This document shows positions 9,129-18,261 of a stretch of DNA of 64,000 bases, in pieces. Within the stretch, counting starts at the first letter, position 1; the number at the start of each line of letters is the position of its first letter. The notes beneath the pieces were generated by a model that saw only the letters and a program-made list of their open reading frames with translations, was not told where the DNA came from and made no database searches. A program made the position numbers and the translations under genes. Source of the DNA: Acidimicrobiales bacterium (GTDB lineage Bacteria; Actinomycetota; Acidimicrobiia; Acidimicrobiales; CADCSY01); the NCBI GenBank assembly GCA_035512495.1, contig DATKDW010000062.1:50957-114956 (forward strand), read 5' to 3'.

Positions 9129-10709
9129 ATGTCCTGGAACCTCGCCGACCTCTTCGAGGCGGTCGCGGACAACGTCCCGACCCGTGAGGCGGTGGTGTGC
9201 GCAGAGGCCGACGGCACCACGACCCGCTCGACCTACGCCCAGCTGGACCGGCGGGCCAACCGGCTGGCCCACGTGCTCGCCGGTCGGGGCATCGGACCCG
9301 GAGACCGGGTCGGGCTCCAGCTGGCCAACGGCAACGAGTACCTGGAGGCGATGCTGGCGTGCTTCAAGCTCCGGGCCCTCCCCGTCAACGTGAACTACCG
9401 CTATGTGGCCGAGGAGCTCCGACACCTCTTCGAGGTCAGCGGGACGGCGCTGGTCATCCACGAGCCCGACCTCACCCCGGCGATCGACGAGGTTCGAGAC
9501 GAGCTGCCTCTGTTGCGCTCCACCCTCGTCCGGGGTGACGACTACGAGGCCGCACTTGCCGTCGCCCCCACGTCACGGCCGGTCGCCGAACGCTCGGGCG
9601 ACGACCGCTACGTCCTCTACACCGGGGGGACCACCGGCCGGCCCAAGGGCGTCGTCTGGCGGCACGAGGACATCTTCCACGCCGCGCTGAGCGGCGCCAG
9701 CCCCCTTCGCCCCGGGTTGAGCACGATCGAGGAGGTTCGGGCCCACGCCCCCGCCGGCCGGGCCCGCTGCCTCGTCGCCAGCCCCCTCATCCACGGCACC
9801 GGCCACTGGATGGCCCTGTCGACGCTGTTCCGCGGCGGCACGGTGATCGTGATGCGCGCCCGGGGGCTCGACGCCGGCCGGCTCTGGGAGGTGGCGGCCA
9901 GCGAGGCGGCCTCGTGGCTCGTGATCGTCGGGGACGCGTTCGCCCGACCCCTCGTCGATGCGCTCGAGGGCGACACCGCGTGCACGGCACGGGCCGGGAC
10001 CGTGACGGTGATCATGTCGGGAGGCAGCACGCTGTCGCCCTCCGTCAAGTCCGACCTCCTGCGCCTCCTGCCCACCGTCGTCCTGGTCGACGGCTTCGGC
10101 GCTTCCGAGACCGGCGGGCAGGGCCGGATGGTGTCGGCCCCCGGTGCCGACGTCGACGGAGCCGGCAGCTTCGTGCCCGGCGAGGGGACCACGGTGCTCG
10201 ACGACGACCTCCGCCCGCTCAGCCCCGGTGACGGGCGGACGGGGTGGCTGGCCCGGCGTGGCCACATCCCGGTCGGCTACCTGGGAGATCCCGAGTCCAG
10301 CACGCTCACCTTCCCGGAGGTCGACGGCGTGCGCTGGGCGGTCCCGGGCGACCGCGCCACCATCGCCGCCAACGGCAACGTCGTGGTGTTCGGACGGGGC
10401 TCGACCTCGATCAACTCCGGAGGCGAGAAGGTCCACCCCGAGGAGGTCGAGTCGGCGCTGCGCTCGCACCCGGAGGTGTTCGACGCCGTCGTGGTCGGCG
10501 CTCCCGACCCACGGTGGGGCGAGGTGATCACCGCCATCGTGCAACCCCGCCCCGGCCGCGCCCCCTGCCTGCCCGACCTCGCCGACCACTGCCGTCGCAC
10601 GATGGCTGCCTTCAAGGTCCCCCGCCGGCTCCTCCTCGTCGACGAGGTGCGGCGGTCCCCGTCAGGCAAGCCCGACTACCGCTGGGCACGCAGCGTCATC
10701 GAGGGCTGA
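9129..10709 (+). CDS. acyl-CoA synthetase / AMP-dependent ligase
   Basis: YTGGTTGRPKGV AMP-binding motif, SGGEKVHPEEVE and PSGKPDY. ORF-track start 9123 is TTG; the ATG at 9129 is preferred. Confidence 0.85.
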   Translation: MSWNLADLFEAVADNVPTREAVVCAEADGTTTRSTYAQLDRRANRLAHVLAGRGIGPGDRVGLQLANGNEYLEAMLACFKLRALPVNVNYRYVAEELRHLFEVSGTALVIHEPDLTPAIDEVRDELPLLRSTLVRGDDYEAALAVAPTSRPVAERSGDDRYVLYTGGTTGRPKGVVWRHEDIFHAALSGASPLRPGLSTIEEVRAHAPAGRARCLVASPLIHGTGHWMALSTLFRGGTVIVMRARGLDAGRLWEVAASEAASWLVIVGDAFARPLVDALEGDTACTARAGTVTVIMSGGSTLSPSVKSDLLRLLPTVVLVDGFGASETGGQGRMVSAPGADVDGAGSFVPGEGTTVLDDDLRPLSPGDGRTGWLARRGHIPVGYLGDPESSTLTFPEVDGVRWAVPGDRATIAANGNVVVFGRGSTSINSGGEKVHPEEVESALRSHPEVFDAVVVGAPDPRWGEVITAIVQPRPGRAPCLPDLADHCRRTMAAFKVPRRLLLVDEVRRSPSGKPDYRWARSVIEG

Positions 10710-10718
10710 GGCGCCGGC

Positions 10719-11582
10719 TCAGGAGGCGGGCTCCAGCGAGCGGAGCTCGATGTGGTGGCCCTGCTCGCGGTAGCGATCGCCTCCCGCGTCGTCGGGTGGG
10801 TCGACGTCGTCGGGGTCGTTGGCCCGGACGGTCCCCTCGAGGTCCACCCGGTCCCCCTCCTCGACCACGAAGCCGCCGGTGTCGAGACCCGGTTCGACGC
10901 GCACGAAGATCCGGTTCTCGTCGTCGTCGCCGATCCAGAAGCCCAGGGCCTCGACCACCGAGTGCACGAGGACCCCCTCACCCCTGACGTCGTCTCCCTC
11001 GAAGGCCGAGAGGTCGTCGGGGACCGGGAACAGGGCCTCGTCGCCGGCCCGGAGCTCGCCGGGGCCGTCGTCGACGGGTGCGTCGTCGGCGGGTGCGTCG
11101 TCGGCGGGTGCGTCGTCGACGGGTGCGTCGTCGACGGGTGCGGTGCCGTTGTCTGCCTGGCCGTCGCCGGGTTCAGCATCGTCGAGCGGTGGCTCATCCG
11201 CCGGTTCCTGCTCCTCGACCTCAGCGGGAACGGTGTCGTCGGTGACCACATCGGCCTCGTCACCGTTGCCCTCGTCCCGGAGGAGGAGCCAGGCCACCAA
11301 ACCGACGATCAGGAGTGCGAGCAAGCCCCACAACACCCAAGCGAACTGACGGTCGCGGTCCTCCTCGGGCGGGACGCCAGCGGGGCCGGCTCGGGTGGCG
11401 GTCGCCCCTGCTCCCGCAGCTCCGGATCCCACCGTCGTGCGGTCGAGGCGGGACGTGGGCTCGCCACCCACCGCCGCGGTCGGTTCCGCCTCAGGCGGGA
11501 GCGACTCCTCGGCCCCGAGGGGTCGCGTGGGCTCCCCCGCAGCCGCAGCGTCCGGTTCATCACCTTGCGGTCGGTCTGCCAT
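10719..11582 (-). CDS. hypothetical single-pass membrane protein with acidic (APxDD)5 repeat
   Basis: ATG start, one TM helix (FAWVLWGLLALLIVGLVAWLLL), an acidic low-complexity linker and a C-terminal globular-looking region. G/C-ending codons. Confidence 0.6.
   Translation of the reverse strand: MADRPQGDEPDAAAAGEPTRPLGAEESLPPEAEPTAAVGGEPTSRLDRTTVGSGAAGAGATATRAGPAGVPPEEDRDRQFAWVLWGLLALLIVGLVAWLLLRDEGNGDEADVVTDDTVPAEVEEQEPADEPPLDDAEPGDGQADNGTAPVDDAPVDDAPADDAPADDAPVDDGPGELRAGDEALFPVPDDLSAFEGDDVRGEGVLVHSVVEALGFWIGDDDENRIFVRVEPGLDTGGFVVEEGDRVDLEGTVRANDPDDVDPPDDAGGDRYREQGHHIELRSLEPAS
11067..11141. repeat. 5 x 15-bp tandem repeat (GTCGTCGRCGGGTGC) encoding APVDD/APADD
   Basis: Read directly from the sequence. 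Five contiguous units differ only at one A/G position. Confidence 0.9.
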
Positions 11583-11673
11583 GCCTCACCCGTACCCCAG
11601 TGCGCCATGTCCAACCCGTCGGCGGCCGGCGACCGCTTCGTCGTCACCGGGGGCACCGCCGTAACCTCCCGGC

Positions 11674-12375
11674 GTGGACCGACGCCAGGCAGCGCTGCCC
11701 CAGGGTGAGGACAAGGTCGTCGCCGTGCGGGCCATGTTCGACGCCATCGCGCCCCGCTACGACCTGGTGAACCGGATCATGACCTTCCGGCTGGACACTC
11801 GGTGGCGCCGGCGGGCCGTCGCCGCCCTGGCGCTGCCCCCCGGCGCCACGGTGCTCGACCTGGCTGCCGGAACGGGCGACCTGTGCCGGGACCTCCAGCG
11901 GGCCGGTCACCGCCCCGTGGGCGTGGACCTCTCCTACGGCATGCTCGCCGCCGCCCGTACCACGGCCCCGCTCGTGCACGGCGACGCCCTGCGCCTCCCC
12001 GTCGCCGACGGCATCGCCGATGGGGTCACCTGTGGCTTCGCCCTGCGCAACTTCGTCGACCTGCGGGCGTTCCTCACCGAGGTCGGCCGGGTGGTTCGCC
12101 CCGGTGGGCGGATCGCCCTCCTCGAGGTGGCCGAACCCGCCAACCCCCTGCTTCGTGCCGGTCACGCCGTGTACTTCGGCGCTGTGGTGCCCCGCATCGG
12201 CAGCCTGCTCTCCGATCGCGACGCATACCGGTACCTCCCCCGGTCCGTTGCCTACCTCCCCGAACCGGCTGAGCTGCTCGCCATGGTGCGCGACGCCGGC
12301 TTTGCCGACGCCGACCGCCGCCTGCTCACGGGCGGCATCAGCCAGCTCCTCGTCGCCACCCGTGACCAGGTCTGA
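11674..12375 (+). CDS. menG: demethylmenaquinone methyltransferase (UbiE/MenG family)
   Basis: MFDAIAPRYDLVNRIMTF, VLDLAAGTGD and GFALRNF motifs. men gene neighbourhood. GTG start. Confidence 0.88.
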   Translation: MDRRQAALPQGEDKVVAVRAMFDAIAPRYDLVNRIMTFRLDTRWRRRAVAALALPPGATVLDLAAGTGDLCRDLQRAGHRPVGVDLSYGMLAAARTTAPLVHGDALRLPVADGIADGVTCGFALRNFVDLRAFLTEVGRVVRPGGRIALLEVAEPANPLLRAGHAVYFGAVVPRIGSLLSDRDAYRYLPRSVAYLPEPAELLAMVRDAGFADADRRLLTGGISQLLVATRDQV

Positions 12376-13648
12376 TCCCGCGGCCCCGGGCGCTCGGCTG
12401 GTGGCGCGCACCCGCCGCCTCGACGCCGACGTCGACCTGCTCGATGTGGCGGGGCCGGCCGGGCTCCTCTTCGAGCAGGCGGGCACCGGGATCGCCGGGC
12501 GGGGTACGGCGCTGCGGATCGAGCTGCCCGTCGGCCACGATCGGCTCCGCCGCAGCGCCGGCGTCGTCGACACCGCCCTGGCCGCCGTCGAGGTCGATGA
12601 CGAGATCGGGCGGCCCGGAACCGGCCCTGTGGCCTTCGTGGCCCTGCCCTTCGGCGACGACGACGCCGGCGGCGTGGCCGTGGTGCCGTCGCTCCTGGTG
12701 GGTCGTGACGCCGACGGCACCCGCTGGGTCACCACCGTGGAGGACGCCGATGGCGGGGCCACCAACCACCCGACGCTCGTCGCCGACCTCACTGCCACCG
12801 ACCCCACCGTTCCCGCCGGGATGGGGCCAGGGTCGTTCGAGGTGCGTGCCTCGAGGACCCCGGCGGCCTGGTGCGAGGCGGTGGCCGAGGCTGTGGCCAC
12901 CCTCCGGCGGGGGGAGCTCGGCAAGGTCGTCCTTGCCCGCCAGGTCGTGGTGGAGGCCGATGCCCCCCTCGACGTCCTCGGCCTGCTGCGACGGATGCGC
13001 ACCTCGTACCCGTCGGCCATGGTCTTCGCCATCGACGGCTTCGTGGGCGCCAGCCCCGAGCTGCTGGTCTCGCGCACCGGCGACATCGTCCGCTCGCACC
13101 CGATGGCCGGCACCGTCCCCCGGACCGGCGACCCCGAAGCCGACGGCCGCCTGGCCGCCGAGTTGCTTGCGTCGTCGAAGGACCGGGCCGAGCACCAGGT
13201 CACGATCGACGTGGTGCTCGACACGGTGCTGCCGTTCTGCTCCTACGTCGACTCGGAGCCCGAACCGCGGGTTGTCTCCCTTGCCAACGTCGCCCACCTC
13301 GCCAGCCTCGTCGAGGGCCGCCTCTCGTCACCTCCGGCCACCGCCTTGACCCTCGCCGCCGCCCTGCACCCCACGCCAGCGGTCTGCGGCTGGCCGCGCG
13401 ACGACGCGCGCCGCGAGATCGCACGACTCGAGGGCGAGCCCAGAGGGCGCTACACGGGCGCTGTCGGCTGGACCGACGCCCGGGGCGACGGCCGCCTCGC
13501 CGTCGCCATCCGCTGCGCCGAGGTCGACGGTGCGCGGGCCACCGTCTACGCCGGGAACGGGATCGTGGCCGGCTCCGACCCGGCAACCGAGCTGGCCGAG
13601 ACGAGAGCGAAGCTCCAGGCGGTGCTGGGCTCCCTCGTGCAGCCGTAG
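12362..13648 (+). CDS. menF: isochorismate synthase
   Basis: Chorismate-binding C-terminal motifs: SPELLVSR, HPMAGTVPR, ALHPTPAVCGWP, GRYTGAVGW and GNGIVAGSDP. Start is GTG 12362 (14-nt overlap with menG) or GTG 12401. Confidence 0.88.
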   Translation: MTRSDPAAPGARLVARTRRLDADVDLLDVAGPAGLLFEQAGTGIAGRGTALRIELPVGHDRLRRSAGVVDTALAAVEVDDEIGRPGTGPVAFVALPFGDDDAGGVAVVPSLLVGRDADGTRWVTTVEDADGGATNHPTLVADLTATDPTVPAGMGPGSFEVRASRTPAAWCEAVAEAVATLRRGELGKVVLARQVVVEADAPLDVLGLLRRMRTSYPSAMVFAIDGFVGASPELLVSRTGDIVRSHPMAGTVPRTGDPEADGRLAAELLASSKDRAEHQVTIDVVLDTVLPFCSYVDSEPEPRVVSLANVAHLASLVEGRLSSPPATALTLAAALHPTPAVCGWPRDDARREIARLEGEPRGRYTGAVGWTDARGDGRLAVAIRCAEVDGARATVYAGNGIVAGSDPATELAETRAKLQAVLGSLVQP

Positions 13649-13653
13649 CCAAG

Positions 13654-13698
13654 GGGTGTTCACCAACCCGAAGGGGAGGGTAAGGGTGGTGAGCACCC
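13654..13698 (+). other. strong hairpin 6 nt after the menF stop (terminator or structured RNA)
   Basis: GGGTGTTCACCA (13654-13665) pairs at all 12 positions (one G-U) with TGGTGAGCACCC (13687-13698). The 21-nt loop contains CCC-GAA-GGG. The local GC dip is unusual for this window. Confidence 0.4.
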
Positions 13699-13826
13699 GT
13701 CGTTGTAGGTGCAAGCAACTCGCCTCTCGGAAGGCGGGATGCGCGCCCTCCCACCCGACATCGACCACCATGGACGCTGGCAGGGCGACACCGCCCCCCC
13801 GTCGAGCGCCACCCCCGGAGGACCCC

Positions 13827-13979
13827 ATGCCCCCCAACCAGCTCCTCAGCCGGGTCGTCACGCCCTTCGTCGACCTCGTCCGCTGGGGCGAACCCTGGGA
13901 CATCGAGGACGACCCCGACCCCCTCCTCGATCAGGCGGGGCCCGGCCCGTCCTGCGCCCCGCTGATCCCATCGGGCTGA
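13827..13979 (+). CDS. hypothetical small acidic protein (50 aa), not obvious in the ORF track
   Basis: MPPNQLLSRVVTPFVDLVRWGEPWDIEDDPDPLLDQAGPGPSCAPLIPSG. GGAGGA sits 4 nt upstream of the ATG. Nearly every codon ends in G/C. The last 49 nt overlap the convergent menD 3' end. Confidence 0.45.
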   Translation: MPPNQLLSRVVTPFVDLVRWGEPWDIEDDPDPLLDQAGPGPSCAPLIPSG

Positions 13980-15703
13980 GCCGGGTCGCCGCCACCACGT
14001 TCGTCGAGCGCCGCTGCCACGGCAGCGTGCACCCGGTCGTGGACCGCCACGTTGGACGACCGATCGGTGCGAACCACCACGATCCGGGCACCCTCCACCG
14101 GTGATGCCACCGCCGAGGCGAGCTCGTCGAGGTCGCTCACCTCGGTGCCGGGGAGGCCGTGCACCTCCGCCAGGGCCACCAGGTCGACGTCGTGGGGCGT
14201 CCCGAAGAGCCGTTCGAAGACCTCGGGGGGCACGGTCGTGGACTGCGGCAGGAACGAGAAGATCCCGCCACCCCGGTTGTCGACCACCACCACGGTGAGG
14301 TCGGCGCCACGCCCGGCCAGACCGAGCAGCCCGTTGGTGTCGTGCAGCAGGGCGATGTCGCCGATGAGCACGGCGGTCCGCTCCCCCGTCGCCACCGCGG
14401 CGCCGACCGCGGTGGAGAGCACCCCGTCGATCCCGTTGGCGCCACGGTTTGCCAGCACCCGCAGCCCGGCCCGGGGCGCGGCGTACCACTCGAGGTCGCG
14501 CACCGGCATCGACGACGAGACCACGAGGGTGGCCCCGTCGGGCAGAGCGGCGGCCAGCGTCCGGGCCACGGCAGGCTCGGTGGGCGTGGACACCGCGGCG
14601 ATCGCCGACGCCATGGCCGACGACGCCGTGCCCTCGGCCGCGGCCCAGGCCGGCGCCCACCCCTCGTCGGTGGGCGCCCCGCCGAGGGCGTCGCTGAGTG
14701 CCCGGCACCACCCCGACGGGTCACCGGCCACCATGGCCGCCGCCGTCCGGTCGGGGTCGAGCCAGGTCCCGTCGGCCTCCACCGCCACCTGCACCGCCCC
14801 GCTCGCCGCCAGCCACTGTCCGAGCACCTTCGACGCCGGCGCCTGACCGAGGCGGAGCACGGCGTCGGGCCGCAGCCGCTCGGCGGTCGCCTCGTGACGC
14901 AGGAGAGCGTCGAATGACGCGACGGTGGCAGGGGCCGGGCAGCGGGCGGGGGCCCGCGGGTCAGCAAGGACGGGCCAGCCGAGGGCGGAGGCGAGGCCGT
15001 GCACCGCCTCGGCGTCACCCGACCCCCCGCCGGCGACGATCACCCCCCGGCGGGCTCCGGCCAGCAGGCTCCGCACCTCGTCGACGGCGTCGGGCGCGGG
15101 CGTGGCCGGCCGGGGCACCGTCCGGTGCCAGGGCCCGCCGTCCGCCCGGGTCGGGGGGAGGGGGCCCGGCAACGCCGCGAGGGGATCGCGGAAGGCCAGG
15201 TTGAGGTGCACCGGTCCAGCGGGCGGGCCCAGGGCCTCGGCCACGGCTCGGGCGGCCAGCGAACGCCACGTCGCCGAGGCCGTGGGCTCCGCCACCCCCG
15301 GCTCGGCGAACCACCGGACCGACCGCCCGTAGAGGTGGGTCTGGTCGACGGTCTGGGGCGCCCCCACGTGGTGGAGCTCGGGTGGTCGGTCGGCGGTGCA
15401 CACCAGCAGCGGCACCCGTGCCAGGTCGGCCTCGACCACGGCGGGGTGGAGCTCCACCGCGGCCGTGCCGCTGGTGGTGAGGACGACGGCGGGGACGCCG
15501 GTGGCGAGGCCGATCCCGAGCGCGAGGAAGGCTGCCGAGCGCTCGTCGTGGTGGACGTGGAGGCGGATGCGGCCGTCGGCGGCGAGGGCCAGGACCAGCG
15601 GCGTGGAGCGCGAGCCCGGCGCCACCACGGCGTGGGCGACCCCGGCCCGCGCCCACTCGTCGACCAGGGTGGCCACGAAGGTCGCCTGGGGCGAGGCGGT
15701 CAT
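13931..15703 (-). CDS. menD: 2-succinyl-5-enolpyruvyl-6-hydroxy-3-cyclohexene-1-carboxylate (SEPHCHC) synthase
   Basis: 590 aa ThDP enzyme with GSRSTPL, DERSAAFLALG, TSGTAAVELHPAV and a GDIALLHDTNGL ThDP-binding region. Confidence 0.93.
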   Translation of the reverse strand: MTASPQATFVATLVDEWARAGVAHAVVAPGSRSTPLVLALAADGRIRLHVHHDERSAAFLALGIGLATGVPAVVLTTSGTAAVELHPAVVEADLARVPLLVCTADRPPELHHVGAPQTVDQTHLYGRSVRWFAEPGVAEPTASATWRSLAARAVAEALGPPAGPVHLNLAFRDPLAALPGPLPPTRADGGPWHRTVPRPATPAPDAVDEVRSLLAGARRGVIVAGGGSGDAEAVHGLASALGWPVLADPRAPARCPAPATVASFDALLRHEATAERLRPDAVLRLGQAPASKVLGQWLAASGAVQVAVEADGTWLDPDRTAAAMVAGDPSGWCRALSDALGGAPTDEGWAPAWAAAEGTASSAMASAIAAVSTPTEPAVARTLAAALPDGATLVVSSSMPVRDLEWYAAPRAGLRVLANRGANGIDGVLSTAVGAAVATGERTAVLIGDIALLHDTNGLLGLAGRGADLTVVVVDNRGGGIFSFLPQSTTVPPEVFERLFGTPHDVDLVALAEVHGLPGTEVSDLDELASAVASPVEGARIVVVRTDRSSNVAVHDRVHAAVAAALDERGGGDPAQPDGISGAQDGPGPA

Positions 15704-15720
15704 GGGAGGATCCTCCCATG
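15701..15720. promoter_or_regulatory. perfect 20-bp palindrome containing both start codons and both SD sequences of divergent menD and menH
   Basis: CATGGGAGGATCCTCCCATG equals its own reverse complement. Each strand reads GGAGGA-N7-ATG. Confidence 0.6.
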
Positions 15721-16470
15721 CTGGCGTCGTCGGTCGAGGGGACGGGACCCCGCCTGGCGCTCCTCCACGGATTCACCCAGGACCGTCGCTGCTGGGGCCC
15801 GGTCGCCGCCGACCTGGCGACCGACCACGAGGTCGTGCGGGTCGACGCCCCCGGCCACGGCGGCTCGTCGGCGGTGCGGGCCGACCTGGCCGCCGGTGCC
15901 GAGCTGGTGGTCGCCACCGTCGGCCGCGCCGCCTACCTCGGCTACTCGATGGGCGGGCGCCTCGCCCTCCACGCCGCGCTCGCCGCCCCTGAGCAGGTGG
16001 TGGCCCTGGTGCTCGTGGGGGCCACGGGTGGCCTCGACGACCCTGGCGAGCGGGCGGCCCGCGTGGCCCAGGACGAGCAGCTGGCGCGCCGTCTCGAGGA
16101 CGAGGGGCTCGAGGCCTTCCTCGACCATTGGCTCTCGCTCCCCCTCTTCGCCGGGCTCGACCCCGAGGCCGGGGGGCTGGACGCCCGCCTCGGGAACACC
16201 GTCGACGGCCTGGCCTCGAGCCTGCGGCTGGCCGGCACCGGCAGCCAGGAGCCCCTCTGGGACCGCCTCGACGGGCTCACCATGCCGGTGCTGGTGATCG
16301 CCGGCGAGCGGGACCCCAAGTTCCGTGCCCTCGGAGAGCGCCTGGTCGACTGCATCGGTGCGAACGCCTCGCTGGCGATCGTTCCCGGCGCCGGCCACGC
16401 CGCCCACCTCGAGCGCCCCGACGACTTCCTCGGCATCGTCCGGCCCTGGCTGGGCCGCCACCACCGCTGA
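15718..16470 (+). CDS. menH: alpha/beta hydrolase, probable SHCHC synthase
   Basis: HGFTQD, nucleophile elbow GYSMGG and C-terminal GAGHAAHLERP. men neighbourhood. Confidence 0.75.
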   Translation: MLASSVEGTGPRLALLHGFTQDRRCWGPVAADLATDHEVVRVDAPGHGGSSAVRADLAAGAELVVATVGRAAYLGYSMGGRLALHAALAAPEQVVALVLVGATGGLDDPGERAARVAQDEQLARRLEDEGLEAFLDHWLSLPLFAGLDPEAGGLDARLGNTVDGLASSLRLAGTGSQEPLWDRLDGLTMPVLVIAGERDPKFRALGERLVDCIGANASLAIVPGAGHAAHLERPDDFLGIVRPWLGRHHR

Positions 16471-16475
16471 CCCCC

Positions 16476-17342
16476 TCATCCGGAGAGGGCGAGGCCGGCG
16501 GCAAGGAGGAGCCCGAAGACGAGCTGGAGCCGCCCGGTGTCGGCGAGCACCGGCACCAGCATCGGTCCGGTGGCGCCGCCGAGGAGGCGTCGGATCGGCG
16601 GCACGGCGAGGGGCACCGCCAGCAGGGCCAGCAGCGCCCAGGGTCGTGACAGCGCCAGGATCGGGACCGCGCCCAGCGTGGCCGCCACCAGTCCCACGTA
16701 GAGGACCCGGGTCGGGCCGTCGCCGATGCGCACCGCGAGGGTCCGCTTCCCCACCACCGCGTCGCCGGGGATGTCGCGCAGGTTGTTGACCACGAGCAGG
16801 GCGGTGGCCACGAGGCCCACCGGCACTGACGCAGCCAAGGGCAGCCAGCTGAGCCGCTCGAGCTGGACGTAGGCGGACCCGACGGTGGCGACCACGCCGA
16901 AGAACAGGAACACGAAGACCTCGCCGAAGCCGGCGTAGCCGTAGGGACGGCTCCCACCGGTGTAGAGGAAGCCGGCGGCGAAGCTCGCCGCCCCCACGAG
17001 CAGCAGCTCCGGACCGACCGCCGCGGTCAGGGCCAAGCCGGCCACCGCCGCCACCAGGGCGGCAGCGAGCGCCGCCCGCTTCACCTCGCCCACCGTGGCC
17101 AGGCCCGAGGCCACGAGGCGCACCGGGCCGACCCTGTCGGCGTCGGCCCCTCGCTGCCCGTCGGCGTAATCGTTGACGTAGTTCGTCCCGACCTGGATGG
17201 CGAGTGCGGCGACGACCGCGGCCAGCGCCCGCCAGGCGATGATCCCCGCGCCGTTGCCGACGGCCGCGGCGGTGCCGACGGCCACGGGCACCACGGCGGC
17301 CGGGAGGGTGCGGGGTCGGGCGCCCAGCACCCAGCGGTTCAC
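16476..17342 (-). CDS. menA: 1,4-dihydroxy-2-naphthoate polyprenyltransferase
   Basis: UbiA-family membrane protein with NYVNDYADGQRGAD and NNLRDIPGD motifs. Starts 10 nt downstream of menB. Confidence 0.9.
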   Translation of the reverse strand: MNRWVLGARPRTLPAAVVPVAVGTAAAVGNGAGIIAWRALAAVVAALAIQVGTNYVNDYADGQRGADADRVGPVRLVASGLATVGEVKRAALAAALVAAVAGLALTAAVGPELLLVGAASFAAGFLYTGGSRPYGYAGFGEVFVFLFFGVVATVGSAYVQLERLSWLPLAASVPVGLVATALLVVNNLRDIPGDAVVGKRTLAVRIGDGPTRVLYVGLVAATLGAVPILALSRPWALLALLAVPLAVPPIRRLLGGATGPMLVPVLADTGRLQLVFGLLLAAGLALSG

Positions 17343-17352
17343 CGGTGCCGCG

Positions 17353-18198
17353 CTAGGGCCGGTGGGGGAATCGGCCGAAGTCGGGACGCCGCTTCTCGCG
17401 GTAGGCGTCGCGGCCCTCCTGGGCCTCTTCGCTCATGTAGAAGAGCAGGTTCGTGTCGTGGGCCAGCTGCTGGATGCCGCTGAGGCCGTCCTCGTCGGCG
17501 TTGAAGCTGGCCTTCAGCAGGCGCAGGGCGAACGGCGAGAGCGCCAGCATCTCTCGACACCACCCGACCGTCTCCGCCTCGAGGCGCCCCAGGGGCACGA
17601 CGGTGTTGACCAGCCCCATCTCCAGCGCCTGGGCGGCGTCGTACTGACGGCACAGGAACCAGATCTCCTTGGCCTTCTTGGGGCCGACGAGCCGGGCCAG
17701 GAGGCCGGCGCCGAACCCGCCGTCGAACGAGCCCACCCGCGGGCCGGTCTGGCCGAATCGGGCGTTGTCGGCAGCGATGGTGAGGTCGCAGATCAGGTGG
17801 AGGATGTGCCCCCCGCCGATGGCGTAGCCGGCCACCATCGCAACCACGGGCTTGGGGAGGCGGCGGATCTGGACGTGCAGGTCGGTGACGTGGAACCGCC
17901 CGACACCGGCACCGGAAGCCACGTAGCCGGAGTCGCCGCGCACCCGTTGGTCCCCGCCCGAGCAGAAGGCCTCGGGGCCCTCCCCGGTGAGCACCACGGC
18001 GCCGACCGCGGTGTCCTCCCGGGCCAGCTCGAACGCCTGAGAGAGCTCGATCACCGTCTCCGGCCGGAAGGCGTTGCGCACCTCGGGCCGGGCGATGGTG
18101 ACCTTGGCGACGCGGTGGCCGTCGAGGACCTCGGCCGTCTCGTAGCGGATGTCGGTCCAGTCCCCCGCGGGCTCCCAGACAACGGCGTCGGCGGTCAT
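17353..18198 (-). CDS. menB: 1,4-dihydroxy-2-naphthoyl-CoA synthase
   Basis: The last 281 aa of ORF 17353..19383 form a crotonase fold: [33 protein letters not shown] and [15 protein letters not shown]. Confidence 0.95.
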   Translation of the reverse strand: MTADAVVWEPAGDWTDIRYETAEVLDGHRVAKVTIARPEVRNAFRPETVIELSQAFELAREDTAVGAVVLTGEGPEAFCSGGDQRVRGDSGYVASGAGVGRFHVTDLHVQIRRLPKPVVAMVAGYAIGGGHILHLICDLTIAADNARFGQTGPRVGSFDGGFGAGLLARLVGPKKAKEIWFLCRQYDAAQALEMGLVNTVVPLGRLEAETVGWCREMLALSPFALRLLKASFNADEDGLSGIQQLAHDTNLLFYMSEEAQEGRDAYREKRRPDFGRFPHRP

Positions 18199-18261
18199 GG
18201 GCCGAACGTACCGCCCACCCCTCGACGAGGGCGACTCGTCGCCGCGCCGTACCATCGGGGC

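Noticed and set aside
13200-14711. 503-aa minus-strand ORF overlapping menF and menD
   Set aside because: It is off-frame relative to menD and antisense to menF. The translation is Arg/Gly/Pro-rich with no motifs.
17197-18261. N-terminal 355 codons of the 731-aa ORF containing menE
   Set aside because: This part is antisense to menA and menB. MenE homology starts at the GTG at 18262.
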